The notes: generated from the sequence alone by a model not told the origin. DNA of 64,000 bases from Candidatus Eiseniibacteriota bacterium (GCA_963707915.1 OY970178.1:512001-576000); one strand, 5' to 3'; shown: positions 37,083 through 47,842, counted from the stretch's first letter. Numbers and translations are program-made.

Positions 37083-38888
37083 ATGGCGACCGCTTCCACG
37101 AAGACCAAGAAGGTGAAGCTCCAGGAGAAGGCCGAGAACCGCAAGCGCCTCGACGAGATCAAGGGGCTGGCGGTGCGGCAGGGCTACATCACCGAGGACC
37201 AGGTCGTCTCGCTGCTGGGAGACGACGACGATCCCGAGGTGCAGGTCGAGCAGATGGAGGAAGTCCACGACATGCTCAACCAGCTGCACATCGAGGTCTT
37301 CGCCGGGGAGGAGGAGGCGCACGAGCGCGCGAAGCAGCTGCGCAAGCTCGACGACAAGAAGCCGCCCGCGCCGTCGAAGGCGCTGCCGCAGCAGCCGGTC
37401 CGTTACGACGACCCGGTCCGCATGTACCTGCGGGAGATGGGGCGCGTGCCCCTGCTCACGCGCGAGGGCGAGGTCGAGATCGCGCGCCGCATCGAGGCGG
37501 GGGAGCGGCAGATCGTGGCCGCCCTGTTCCGGGCGGGGCCGTCCAAGGCCGAGATCCGTTCGCTCGGCAAGCGGCTCCGGGACGAGCAGCTCAAGATCGA
37601 GGACTTCATCAAGGTGGACGAGAACGCCACCACCGAGCAGGCGCTGCTGCGCGAGCGGCAGCGGGCGCTGAAGATCCTCGACCGCGTCTTCCTGCTGCAG
37701 AAGCGCTACGACGAGAACCTGAAGAAGGAAGGCAGCCGCATGAGCGAGCGGGTGCGCCACAGCTACCAGGCGAACTTCGCCAAGAACGAGGCGGAGCTGA
37801 CCCAGGAGCTGCACAAGCTCTCGATGAACCCCCGCATGGTCGAGGACCTGGCCGCCCCGGTGAAGGCGCTCGCCGAGCGCGCCCAGCAGCTGGACGAGCG
37901 CGAGGCCGAGCTCGAGCGCCAGTTCGGCCACGGGGTCGACGAGATGAACCGGTTCGCCAAGCGCCAGAAGAAGGGCGGGCGCGAGCTGCGCGCGGTCGAG
38001 CGCGAGTCGGGGCTCAAGCACACGCAGGTGGCCGAGTTCCAGAACGAGCTCAAGGAGGTCCGCAAGGAGACCAAGGCGCTCGAGGCCGAGGGCGACATGA
38101 CCCGGGAGCACCTGCACGAGCTCTACCGGCAGATCATCGACGGCGAGCGCGCCACCGGGCAGGCCAAGAAGGAGATGATCGAGGCCAACGTCCGGCTGGT
38201 CATCTCGATCGCCAAGCGCTACACCAACCGGGGCCTCGAGTTCCTCGACCTGATCCAGGAGGGCAACTCGGGCCTGATGCGCGCGGTGGACAAGTTCGAC
38301 TACACCAAGGGCTACAAGTTCTCGACCTACGCGACGTGGTGGATCCGGCAGGCCATCACCCGTGCCATCGCCGACCAGGCCCGGACCATCCGCGTGCCGG
38401 TGCACATGATCGAGCACATCAACCGCGTGGTGCGGGTCTCGCGCCGGCTGGTGCAGGAGCTCGGGCGCGAGCCGACCCCCGAGGAGATCGCGGAGCGGCT
38501 GGACCTGCCCGCCGACAAGGTGAAGAGCATCCTCAAGGCGGCGCAGGAGCCGATCTCGCTCGACCGTCCGATCGGCGAGGACGACGACTCGAACCTCGGC
38601 GACTTCATCGAGGACACCAGCGTCGTGAGCCCCGCGCACTCGGCCGCCTCGGCGATGCTGCGCGACGAGGTCAGCGACGTGCTCAAGACGCTCACGCCGC
38701 GCGAAGCGAAGGTCATCCGCCTGCGCTTCGGGCTCACCGAGGACGGCGCCCAGCGGACGCTGGAGGAGGTCGGCGCCTTCTTCAACGTGACGCGCGAGCG
38801 CATCCGGCAGATCGAGGCGAAGGCGCTGCGCAAGCTGCGGCACCCGACCCGCAGCCGCCGGCTGAAGGCCTACACGGAGCTGTTGTAG
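37083..38888 (+). CDS. rpoD: RNA polymerase primary sigma factor RpoD
   Basis: [58 protein letters not shown]. Confidence 0.98.
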   Translation: MATASTKTKKVKLQEKAENRKRLDEIKGLAVRQGYITEDQVVSLLGDDDDPEVQVEQMEEVHDMLNQLHIEVFAGEEEAHERAKQLRKLDDKKPPAPSKALPQQPVRYDDPVRMYLREMGRVPLLTREGEVEIARRIEAGERQIVAALFRAGPSKAEIRSLGKRLRDEQLKIEDFIKVDENATTEQALLRERQRALKILDRVFLLQKRYDENLKKEGSRMSERVRHSYQANFAKNEAELTQELHKLSMNPRMVEDLAAPVKALAERAQQLDEREAELERQFGHGVDEMNRFAKRQKKGGRELRAVERESGLKHTQVAEFQNELKEVRKETKALEAEGDMTREHLHELYRQIIDGERATGQAKKEMIEANVRLVISIAKRYTNRGLEFLDLIQEGNSGLMRAVDKFDYTKGYKFSTYATWWIRQAITRAIADQARTIRVPVHMIEHINRVVRVSRRLVQELGREPTPEEIAERLDLPADKVKSILKAAQEPISLDRPIGEDDDSNLGDFIEDTSVVSPAHSAASAMLRDEVSDVLKTLTPREAKVIRLRFGLTEDGAQRTLEEVGAFFNVTRERIRQIEAKALRKLRHPTRSRRLKAYTELL

Positions 38889-38921
38889 CGGCACACCGGG
38901 CCGATGGGGGGCGGGCGCGCC

Positions 38922-38951
38922 TTGACACCCCTCGCGAGCGGGTGCTAGAAA
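38922..38951 (+). promoter_or_regulatory. Putative sigma70 promoter (extended -10) of the tRNA pair
   Basis: TTGACA-N18-TAGAAA, preceded by TGC. Confidence 0.55.
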
Positions 38952-38991
38952 CACTCGGTTTCGGGCGCCGGTGACGTGAAGTTCGGGCACC

Positions 38992-39065
38992 GGGCCCATA
39001 GCTCAGTGGTCCAGAGCGGCCGGCTCATAACCGGCAAGACCCTGGTTCGAATCCAGGTGGGCCCA
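38992..39065 (+). tRNA. tRNA with CAT anticodon, most likely Ile2 (lysidine); elongator Met not excluded
   Basis: Acceptor GGGCCCA/TGGGCCC and anticodon arm GCCGG-CTCATAA-CCGGC. The paired G1-C72 excludes fMet. CCA is not encoded. Confidence 0.9.
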
Positions 39066-39107
39066 GAATCGAACGCCGCAGGTGGCCCGCGCGGGCCGCG
39101 TCGAGTG

Positions 39108-39183
39108 GGGCGGGTAGCTCAGCTGGCAGAGCACCTGGATCACAACCAGGGGGTCACAGGTTCAAGTCCTGTTCCGCCCACCA
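39108..39183 (+). tRNA. tRNA-Val (CAC)
   Basis: Acceptor GGGCGGG/TCCGCCC, anticodon arm CCTGG-ATCACAA-CCAGG, encoded CCA. Confidence 0.93.
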
Positions 39184-39342
39184 TCTCCGACGCGAGCGCG
39201 GCCGAACGAGGGAGTGCGTGAGCCGATGATGTCGCCACCGCGTGCGAACGCCGGCCGCCGGCCGGCCCGGAGGTGGCGCAGTCGGGCGCCGCTCTGCCCG
39301 GGCCGCGTGCGCGGTTCTGCCGGAGCGGCGGTGCGCGCTGCC

Positions 39343-39382
39343 GAGCGGGGACGTCCCCAGGGGACGTCCCCGCTCTTCATTT
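39343..39382 (+). terminator. Strong hairpin, probable intrinsic terminator after the tRNA pair
   Basis: Perfect 15-bp stem GAGCGGGGACGTCCC-cag-GGGACGTCCCCGCTC followed by TTCATTT. Confidence 0.65.
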
Positions 39383-39395
39383 ACGGGGAGAGACG

Positions 39396-40109
39396 ATGAG
39401 CGAGGAGATCGACCGGCTGTGGGCTCTGCAGGAGCTCGACGAGCAGGCCGCCGGCCTGCGCGAGGTCCTGGCGCGGTTCCCGGAGCAGCGCCGCGAGCTC
39501 GAGCGCCGGATCGTGGAGGCGCGCCAGCGGCTCGAGCAGGCCAGGGCGCGGGTGGCGGAGGCCCAGCGGCAGCGCCGCGAGCTCGAGCGTGAGGCGGGCG
39601 CGCTGGTCGAACAGGAACGGCGCTTCCAGCAGCAGCTCCCCGCGATCAAGAAGAACGAGGAGTACACGGCGCTGCTGCACGAGATCGAGGGCTCGCGCAA
39701 GAAGCGGTCGGCGATCGAGACCCAGGTGCTCGAGCGGATGGAGGAGGAGGAGCGCGAGCAGCGGGAGCGGCCGGCGCTCGACCAGGCGCTGAAGACCGCG
39801 GAGGGCGAGGCGGCCGCCCGGGCGAAGCAGATCGAGGCCGAGCAGGCCGCCGAGCAGGCGAAGCTGGACGTGATCGAGGCCCGCCGCGACGCGCACGTCC
39901 GGGAGCTGGCCCCGGCGACCCGGTCGCGCTACGAGCGCGTCCACGCCTCGCGCGAGGGGCGCGCGGTGGTGGCGATCCTCAAGGGTGCCTGCGGTGGCTG
40001 CTACCGCACGCTGCCGCCGGCCGTGCTGCAGGAGGCCCGCCGCCGCGACCGGATGATGAGCTGCGAGGGTTGCGGACGCATCATCGTCTGGCCCCCCGTC
40101 GAACCGTAG
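39396..40109 (+). CDS. Coiled-coil protein with a C4-type zinc ribbon (DUF164/CT398-like)
   Basis: LWALQELD, KNEEYTALLHEI, YERV, CGGC...CEGCGRII. Confidence 0.9.
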   Translation: MSEEIDRLWALQELDEQAAGLREVLARFPEQRRELERRIVEARQRLEQARARVAEAQRQRRELEREAGALVEQERRFQQQLPAIKKNEEYTALLHEIEGSRKKRSAIETQVLERMEEEEREQRERPALDQALKTAEGEAAARAKQIEAEQAAEQAKLDVIEARRDAHVRELAPATRSRYERVHASREGRAVVAILKGACGGCYRTLPPAVLQEARRRDRMMSCEGCGRIIVWPPVEP

Positions 40110-40119
40110 CCGGCCCGCG

Positions 40120-41639
40120 ATGCACGATCCCGTGAGCGAGGGTCCGGCGGACGGTCGGACGCCGGGGCCGCGCCGGCTGCGGTCCGACCTGCCGTTCCGG
40201 CGCATCGCGCTGGTGCTCTCCGGCGGCGGCGCGCTCGGCGCCTACGAGGTCGGCGTGCTGCGGGTGGTGGAGGCGGTCCGGCTGGCGCCCACCATCGTGG
40301 CCGGGGTCTCGGTCGGGGCGATCAACGCGGTGGTGTGGCGCGCGCACGGCGGGCGCACCGCGGTGCTCGAGGAGGTCTGGCGGCGGATGACCGCGGCCGA
40401 CGTCGGTTTCCGCTGGGTGACGCTGGTGCTGCGCGGCGCTGGGCGCACTGGTGGCGACGCTGGGACTGGTCGAGCTGGTCCTCACCCTGATCGGCTCGCG
40501 CGAGCTGTCCGGCTCCTACTGGCTCTGGAAGCACGGCAGCGCCCGCATCGACCGGGCCTCGACGATGCTCGACCTGTGGATGTGGGGGCTGTTCGCGATG
40601 GTCGGCCTGCTGGCGATGGCGCTCATCGCGCCCGGTGGAGTCGTGGCTGGCGCGCCAGCGTCCGGTCGCGGACCTCGGCCGCGCCTCGCGCCGCTTCGGC
40701 CGCATCGTGCTGGGGCTCTGGATGGCGTACGCCGTGGTCTGGATCCTCGGGGTGCCCTGGCCGCACCGCTTCACCGTGAGCGCCCTGCTCGCGCTCGCGG
40801 TGGTGTGGCTGGCGAACCGCCCGGGTCGCACCGAGCGCCTGGGCGCGGCGGGTGACACACCTGCTCACGCCGGAGACGCGGGGCCGCGGGCTGTGGGGCG
40901 TGGCGGGGCGGCGAGCGCATGCTCCAGCGCCTGGTGGGATCCGGCGACGCGGCCCGGCTCATGGATCCCGCCGTGCGCCTGGTGATCAGCGCGCTGGCCA
41001 TCGATTCCGGGCGCATCGCGCACTTCGTGACCGGCCCGCCGCCGGGGGACGCCTTCGTGCAGCGGCTGGAGGGCAGCCTGGGCGAGGTCGTGCGGGTGCG
41101 CGAGCCGGACGAGGTCCTGCAGGCGGTGCTGGCCTCGTCGGCCATCCCGGGAGTCTTCGAGCCGGTCCGCATCCGCGGCCGCGACTTCGTCGACGCGGGC
41201 GGCTTCGCGAACCAGCCGCTGCACGTCGCGCTGGCGGCCGACGCCGACGCGGCGCTGGTGGTGCTGCTGTCGCCGAGCGGCCCGCCGTCGCCGGCGCCGC
41301 CGCCGTCGAGCCTGTTCGCGCTCGGCAGCCGGCTGCTCGAGGTGGCGAACTGGCGCGACATGCAGGCGGAGTTGCGCAGCCTCCCGCCGGGCTGGTCGCG
41401 CGAGGGCGACCCGGCGCGCATGTGCGTGGTCGAGCCCGACACGACGCTGCCCGGCGGCGTGCTGGGATTCGATCCGGCGCAACGCCGCGGCGCTCATCGC
41501 GCGCGGCGAGGAGGACGCCTGGGAGGCGCTCGAGCGCGCCGGCTGGCTGGCGCCGGCCGGGAGCGCGGCGCGGCTGAGCAAGCCCGGGCGCGGCGCGCGC
41601 GCGGCGCGTGCGCTTGTGACTCCGGGGGCGTTCGTCTAA
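40120..41639 (+). pseudogene. Patatin-like phospholipase with an internal membrane segment, broken by about five +1 frameshifts (pseudogene or sequencing error)
   Basis: LVLSGGGALG, AGVSVGAIN, ASSAIPGVF and FVDAGG..NQP fall in successive frames. Shifts are near 40435, 40630, 40851, 40918 and 41480. Confidence 0.75.
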
Positions 41640-41648
41640 CCTCGGCGC

Positions 41649-42069
41649 GTGAGCATCCCGACCGGCGGTGAGTGGATCGTGCGCTGCGACGGCGGCTCCC
41701 GGGGCAACCCCGGGCCGGCGGCGCTGGGCTACGTGCTCCTCGACCCCGCGGGCCGCGAGGCGGAAGCGCGCGGCGAGCGCATCGGGGCGGCCACCAACAA
41801 CGTGGCCGAGTACCGGTCGCTGATCGCGGGGCTGGAGGCGGCGGCCCGCGCCGGGGCCGATCCGCTGCTGGTGTGCATGGATTCCGAACTGGTGGTGCGT
41901 CAGATGACGGGTGAGTACCGCGTGAAGAACGCCGGCCTGAAGCCGCTGCACGCGCAGGCCCGGCGCGTGCTCGCGAAGCTCGGCCGGGTGCGGTTCAGCT
42001 CGGTGCGGCGCGAGGCCAACACGCACGCCGACCGGCTCGTCAACGAGGCACTCGACGAAGTCCTGGGTT

Positions 42070-42086
<17 letters not shown>
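41649..42086 (+). CDS. rnhA: Ribonuclease HI family protein
   Basis: CDGGSRGNPGPA, TNNVAEY, DSELVVRQM.GEYRVK, RREANTHADRL.N.A. Confidence 0.92.
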
Positions 42087-42486
<400 letters not shown>

Positions 42487-42718
42487 GTGTTTCCTTCCGG
42501 AGAGCCGCCGCGCGCACGGGACCGCCCAGGCGGATCCTGCCGCGCCGGCGGTGCCGGACGGCCGGGACGCGGCATCACGCGCGCGACCGACGGCGCCGGG
42601 CCGATACAGGTCCGAGGCCGGCGGTGGCGCGTCCTTGACCCTTTGGAAGCGAGGCTGACAGCGTGACCGAAGCGTCGTCCTCCGTCGCGCGCCGCGTGCT
42701 CCCGTTCGTGGGCCTTCC

Positions 42719-44465
42719 TTGAGCCGCTCCGGCCCCCGCTGCGAAGTGGGTCCCGCACCCGCGACGGGACCCGGCCCGGGCCCTGGCGCTGGCCCGCGAC
42801 CTGGGCGCGCCGGTGGCCGTCGCGCACGCCCTGGTGAACCGTGGCGTGCTGGACGCGGAATCGGCCCGGCGCTTCCTCGATCCCGGCATCGAGGACCTCC
42901 ACGACCCGTTCCTGCTGCGTGACCTGGACGTGGCGGTGGCGCGGATCGAGCGGGCGCTGGCGGACGGCGAGCGCATCTTCGTGCACGGCGACTACGACGT
43001 GGACGGGATCACCTCGACCTTCCTGCTCTCCTCGGTACTGCGACAGCTCGGCGCGCGGGTGGAGGTGCGGATCCCGCACCGCACCCGCGACGGCTACGGG
43101 CTGTCGGTGGAGGCCATGAACGACGCGCACCGCCGCGGCTGCGGGCTGGCCATCACCGTGGACTGCGGCGTCACCGCGGTCGACGCCGTGGCGCGCGGGC
43201 GCGAGCTGGGGCTCGACACGATCATCACCGACCACCACGAGCCGCCCGCGGTCCTGCCCGCGGCGCTGGCGATCGTGAACCCCCGGCGCGCCGGCTGCGC
43301 CTACCCGTTCAAGGCGCTCGCCGGCGTCGGCGTGACCTTCAAGCTGGCCGAGGCGCTGCTGCGCGGGCGCGGCGGCTTCGAGCTGGCGCGCCGGTTCCTC
43401 GACGTGGTGGCGCTGGGGACGATCGCGGACGTGGTCCCGCTGGAGGGGGAGAACCGCGTGCTGGCGCGACTCGGGCTCGAGAGCCTGAACCGCGCTCCGC
43501 GCGTGGGGCTCAAGGCGCTGATGGAGGTTTCGGGCCTGGCCGGCCGCCCGGTGACCAGCCGCCAGGTGGCGTTCGTGCTCGCGCCGCGCATCAATGCCGG
43601 CAGCCGCATGGGCAACGCCGAGCAGGGCCTGCGGCTGCTGGAGGCCCGGGAGCCGACCGAGGCCCGCGACCTGGCCCAGAGCCTCGACGACGACAACCAG
43701 CAGCGGCGCCGCCACGACGAGGAGGCGCTCGCGGAGGCGGCCCAGCGCGTCGAGCACGAGCTGGGGAAGGACTGCGCGTCGATCCTGCTCTGGTCGGAAC
43801 ACTGGCACGCGGGGGTGATCGGCATCGTGGCCTCGCGCCTGGTGGACCGCTTCCACCGACCGGCGGTGCTGGTGCGGCTCGACGGCGAGCGAGGGCGGGG
43901 CTCGGGCCGCAGCGTTCCGGGGCTCGACCTGAACGCCGTGCTGGCCGAGTGCAGCGACCTGCTCGAGGCGTACGGTGGTCACGCGTTCGCGGCCGGCCTG
44001 ACGGTGCACCGCTCGCGCCTGCCCGAGCTGCGCGAGCGGCTCGAGCGGCTGGTGGGCGAGCGGCTCCCGGCGGGCGCGCGCGCGCCGCTGCCCGAGATCG
44101 ACGCCGAGGTGACGCTGGCCGACTGCGACCTCGGCCTGGTGGGCTGGCTCGAGCGCATGTCCCCGCACGGTCTCGGGAACCAGGAGCCGCTGTTCCAGGT
44201 CACCGACCTGACCGTGGACTCGGTCAGCACCATGGGGCCCCGTGACGAACGGGGGCAGGGGCTGCACCTGCGGCTGCAGGTGCACGACGCGACCGGCGGA
44301 GCGGAGGCGGTCGGCTTCGGCCTGGGCGCGCGCGCGCGCGAGGTGCGGGGCGCGGCCCGCTGCGCGCTGGCGATCTGGCCGATGCGCAACGAGTGGCGGG
44401 GGGAGACCCGCGTGCAGCTCAAGGTGAAGGAGATGGACGTCGTCGAGCGGGCGGGCCGCCCGTGA
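42719..44465 (+). CDS. recJ: Single-stranded DNA exonuclease RecJ (start ambiguous)
   Basis: GDYDVDG, DGYG, TVDCG, TDHH, LGTIADVVPL, APRINA, GSGRS, GGH. The conserved-looking N-terminus (KWVP..LARDLG) begins before the first in-frame start at 42813. Confidence 0.93.
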
Positions 44466-46672
44466 GCTCGGCCGGGCAGGCCCCGGAGGCGGCGGAGCTC
44501 CGCGCATCGCTGCTGGCCGTCCTCGACGAGAAGGTGCCGCGGGTGGACCGCGACCGCGTCGCCGCCTGCTTCGACTTCGCCGCGCAGGCGCACGGCGCGC
44601 AGCGCCGCGCCTCGGGACAGCCCTACATCTCGCACCCGGTGGCGGTCTGCCGCATCCTCATCGACCTGCTCGAATCGCGGCTCGACACGACCCTGGCCTG
44701 CGCGGCGCTGCTTCACGACGTCGCGGAGGACACCGCGACGCCGCTCGCGGAGGTCGAGAAGCGCTTCGGCCGCGAGGTCCGGGGCCTGGTCGAGGGCGTG
44801 ACCAAGCTGGCCGGGCTGCACGTCGACAGCCGCGAGGCGCAGCAGGCCGAGAACTTCCGCAAGATGCTGCTCTCGATGTCGCGCGACCTGCGCGTCATCT
44901 TCATCAAGCTCGCGGACCGCCTGCACAACATCCGCACCCTGGAGTTCCTGCCGCGCGAGCGGGCCGAGCGGATCGCCATCGAGACGCGCGACATCTACGC
45001 GCCGCTCGCCCACCGCCTGGGGATGGCCGGCATCAAGCGCGAGCTCGAGGACCTGAGCCTGAAGGTGCTCGACCCGCCGGCCTACCAGGAGCTGGCCCAG
45101 CGCATCCAGGCACGCCGGCAGGAGCGCGAGCGCTTCCTGTCGGGCGTGCGCGAGCGCCTCGAGGAGGGTCTCAAGGCGGTCGGCATCCGGGCCGAGGTCA
45201 GCGGCCGCCCCAAGCACTTCTACTCGATCTACGCCAAGCTCCGCGGGGGGCACGACTTCAAGAACATCTACGACCTGTTCGGTCTGCGCATCATCACGCA
45301 CACCCGCGGCGACTGCTACCGCGCGCTGGGCGTGGTGCACGACCTGTTCGAGCCGGTGCCGGAGCGCTTCAAGGACTACATCGCCACCCCCAAGAGCAAC
45401 ATGTACCAGTCGTTGCACACCACCGTGCTCGCCACCGGCCAGGAGATGGTGGAGGTGCAGATCCGCACGCGCGAGATGCACCGCACCGCGGAGACCGGGA
45501 TCGCCGCCCACTACGTGTACAAGCAGGGCGGCAAGGTGGACGAGGAGCTGGACGCGAAGCTCGGCGGGTTCATGGCGCAGACCGCGGACTGGCAGCGCGC
45601 CGCGAACGACGACGAGTACATGGACTTCCTGCGCACCGCCCTCTACCAGGAGGAGGTGTTCGCCTACACCCCGCGGCGCGAGCTCAAGCGCCTCCCCAAG
45701 GGGGCGACGGCGCTGGACTTCGCCTTCATGATCCACACGGCGGTGGGCCAGCACACGGTCGGCGCGCGCGTCAACGGCGAGCTCGTGCCCCTGCGGCACG
45801 CGCTGCAGAACGGCGACACGGTCGAGATCATCACCTCCCCGCAGGCCCAGCCGCACGAGGACTGGCTGCACATCCTCCAGCTGCCGGGCGCGCGCAGCCA
45901 GGTGCGGCACTGGCTGCGGCAGCGGCGCCGCACCGACAGCGTGGCGCTGGGGCGCGAGATGCTGGAGCGCGAGCTCAAGCGCCTGCGCAGCCGGCCCACG
46001 GAGGTGCCGCTCGAGGAGGTCGCGCGGGCCTTCGGCTGCGCGGACCTCGAGACGCTCTACGCGCGCGTGGCCGAGGGGCAGGTCTCGCTGACCCAGGTGA
46101 CGCAGAAGCTCCTGCCGCCGAAGGAGGGGCTGGCGGAGCGCCTCACGAAGGGGCCGCTCGAGGCGCTGGGCCTCGGACGGCGGCCGACCGGCGGCATCCG
46201 CATCCAGGGCGTGGAGAACGTCATGGTGACCTACGCGCGCTGCTGCCAGCCGGTGCCGGGCGATCGCGTGGTGGGCATCGTCACGGTCGGGCGCGGCGTC
46301 TCGGTGCACCGGCAGGACTGCCCGAACACCTTCGGCGACCGCGTGCCGCGCGAGCGCCGGGTCTCGGTCGACTGGGACGTGAGCCTCGACCACAAGTTCC
46401 CGGTGCGGCTGCTGGTGTACGGCCACGACCGGAATTCCCTGCTGGCCGACATCGCCCGGGCCATCTCGCAGACCTCGGTCAACATCCGCAGCGCCGGCGT
46501 GGCGAGCGAGGACCGCCGGGCGCGCGGGGTGTTCGTGATCGAGGTGCCGCACCTGGCGAAGCTGCAGGACGTCATCCACACCATCCGGCAGGTGAGCGGC
46601 GTGACCCGGGTCGAGCGGCGCCAGCGGCTGCTCCGCGCCGACCGGCCGCCGGGCGGCGGAGACCGGCGGTGA
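44462..46672 (+). CDS. rel: Bifunctional (p)ppGpp synthetase/hydrolase (long RSH)
   Basis: HD motif LLHDVAED, IKLADRLHN, RFKDYIATPK, YQSLHT, plus TGS, CCQPVPGD and ACT regions. Confidence 0.95.
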   Translation: MSSAGQAPEAAELRASLLAVLDEKVPRVDRDRVAACFDFAAQAHGAQRRASGQPYISHPVAVCRILIDLLESRLDTTLACAALLHDVAEDTATPLAEVEKRFGREVRGLVEGVTKLAGLHVDSREAQQAENFRKMLLSMSRDLRVIFIKLADRLHNIRTLEFLPRERAERIAIETRDIYAPLAHRLGMAGIKRELEDLSLKVLDPPAYQELAQRIQARRQERERFLSGVRERLEEGLKAVGIRAEVSGRPKHFYSIYAKLRGGHDFKNIYDLFGLRIITHTRGDCYRALGVVHDLFEPVPERFKDYIATPKSNMYQSLHTTVLATGQEMVEVQIRTREMHRTAETGIAAHYVYKQGGKVDEELDAKLGGFMAQTADWQRAANDDEYMDFLRTALYQEEVFAYTPRRELKRLPKGATALDFAFMIHTAVGQHTVGARVNGELVPLRHALQNGDTVEIITSPQAQPHEDWLHILQLPGARSQVRHWLRQRRRTDSVALGREMLERELKRLRSRPTEVPLEEVARAFGCADLETLYARVAEGQVSLTQVTQKLLPPKEGLAERLTKGPLEALGLGRRPTGGIRIQGVENVMVTYARCCQPVPGDRVVGIVTVGRGVSVHRQDCPNTFGDRVPRERRVSVDWDVSLDHKFPVRLLVYGHDRNSLLADIARAISQTSVNIRSAGVASEDRRARGVFVIEVPHLAKLQDVIHTIRQVSGVTRVERRQRLLRADRPPGGGDRR

Positions 46673-47139
46673 GGGCGCTGGTGCAGCGGGTGACGCGCGC
46701 GCGCGTCAGCGTGGCGGGACAGGTCACCGGCGAGATCGGCCCGGGCCTGCTGGTGCTGCTCGGGGCGGGCCACGCCGACGGCGAGGGGCAGGCGGCGTGG
46801 CTGGCGCGGAAGCTCGCCGGGCTGCGGGTCTTCGCGGACCCGGAGGGCCTCATGAACCTGGACCTGCGCCAGGCCGGCGGGGCCGCGCTGGTCGTGCCGC
46901 AGTTCACGCTGTACGGCGACACCCGGCGCGGCCGGCGCCCGGATTTCACCGCGGCCGCGCCCCCCGCGCAGGCGGAGCCCCTGTTCGAGCGGTTCTGCGC
47001 GCTGCTGGCCGCCGAGGGCGTGCCGGTCCGGCGCGGCGTCTTCGGGGCGCACATGGCGGTCGAGCTGCTCAACGACGGGCCGGTGACGCTGCTGGTCGAG
47101 ACGCCGCCCGCGGGCACGGCGGGGGCGGAGGGGGGATGA
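46669..47139 (+). CDS. dtd: D-aminoacyl-tRNA deacylase
   Basis: MRALVQRV, QFTL, FGAHM.V.L.NDGPVT. Confidence 0.95.
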   Translation: MRALVQRVTRARVSVAGQVTGEIGPGLLVLLGAGHADGEGQAAWLARKLAGLRVFADPEGLMNLDLRQAGGAALVVPQFTLYGDTRRGRRPDFTAAAPPAQAEPLFERFCALLAAEGVPVRRGVFGAHMAVELLNDGPVTLLVETPPAGTAGAEGG

Positions 47140-47738
47140 GCGCGCCGCGCCGCGACCCGGGTGGGCTGTTCTACGCGGGCAGCGCGCCCGTCGTGCTGGC
47201 GTCGGCCTCGCCGCGCCGCGTCGCGCTGCTGCGCCAGGTCGGCCTGGCCTTCACGGTGGCGGACCCGGGGCCCGACCGCGACTGGCCCGGGCGGGCCGAG
47301 CCGCGCCACGGGGTGCGCGCCCTGGCGCTCGAGAAGGCGCGGCGGGTGGCGGCGCGGCGCCCCGGGGCGCTGGTCATCGGTGCCGACACGCTGGTGGTGG
47401 CGCGCGGGGTGCGGCTCGGCAAGCCCGCCAGCGAGGCCGAGGCCCTCGAGATGCTGCGGCGGCTCCAGGGCCGCACGCACGAGGTCTGGACCGGCCTCGC
47501 CGTCGTGAGCGGCGGCGAGCAGCGCACCGCCGCCGAGGTCACGAAGGTGCAGTTCGCGCGGCTCGACGACGACGAATTGCGCGCCTACGCCCGCAGCGGC
47601 GAGCCGCTGGACAAGGCGGGGGCCTACGGCATCCAGGGGCTGGCCGCGCAGCTCGTCCGCCGGATCGACGGGGACTACAGCAACGTGGTCGGGTTGCCGC
47701 TGGCCCGGTTGCGGCAGGTGCTGAAGGAGTTCGCGTAG
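47136..47738 (+). CDS. maf: Maf-family nucleoside triphosphate pyrophosphatase
   Basis: LASASPRR, GADT, LGKP, DKAGAYGIQG, NVVGLP. Confidence 0.95.
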   Translation: MSAPRRDPGGLFYAGSAPVVLASASPRRVALLRQVGLAFTVADPGPDRDWPGRAEPRHGVRALALEKARRVAARRPGALVIGADTLVVARGVRLGKPASEAEALEMLRRLQGRTHEVWTGLAVVSGGEQRTAAEVTKVQFARLDDDELRAYARSGEPLDKAGAYGIQGLAAQLVRRIDGDYSNVVGLPLARLRQVLKEFA

Positions 47739-47812
47739 GGGTGGCGCGGCCGCCGGGCGCGCGGGGCCGGCGTGCCCCGGAAGGCGGCCGGGAGGGGCGG
47801 GAGCGCCCCGGC

Positions 47813-47842
47813 TTGACACCCGTTTCCGCAGACTGCTAGTCT
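47813..47842 (+). promoter_or_regulatory. Putative sigma70 promoter (extended -10) of the rplM operon
   Basis: TTGACA-N18-TAGTCT, preceded by TGC. Confidence 0.6.

Noticed and set aside
35694..38888. 1064-aa ORF suggesting an extended RpoD or a DnaG-RpoD fusion
   Set aside because: The N-terminal part is an off-frame read of dnaG. RpoD starts at ATG 37083 after a GAGGAG RBS.
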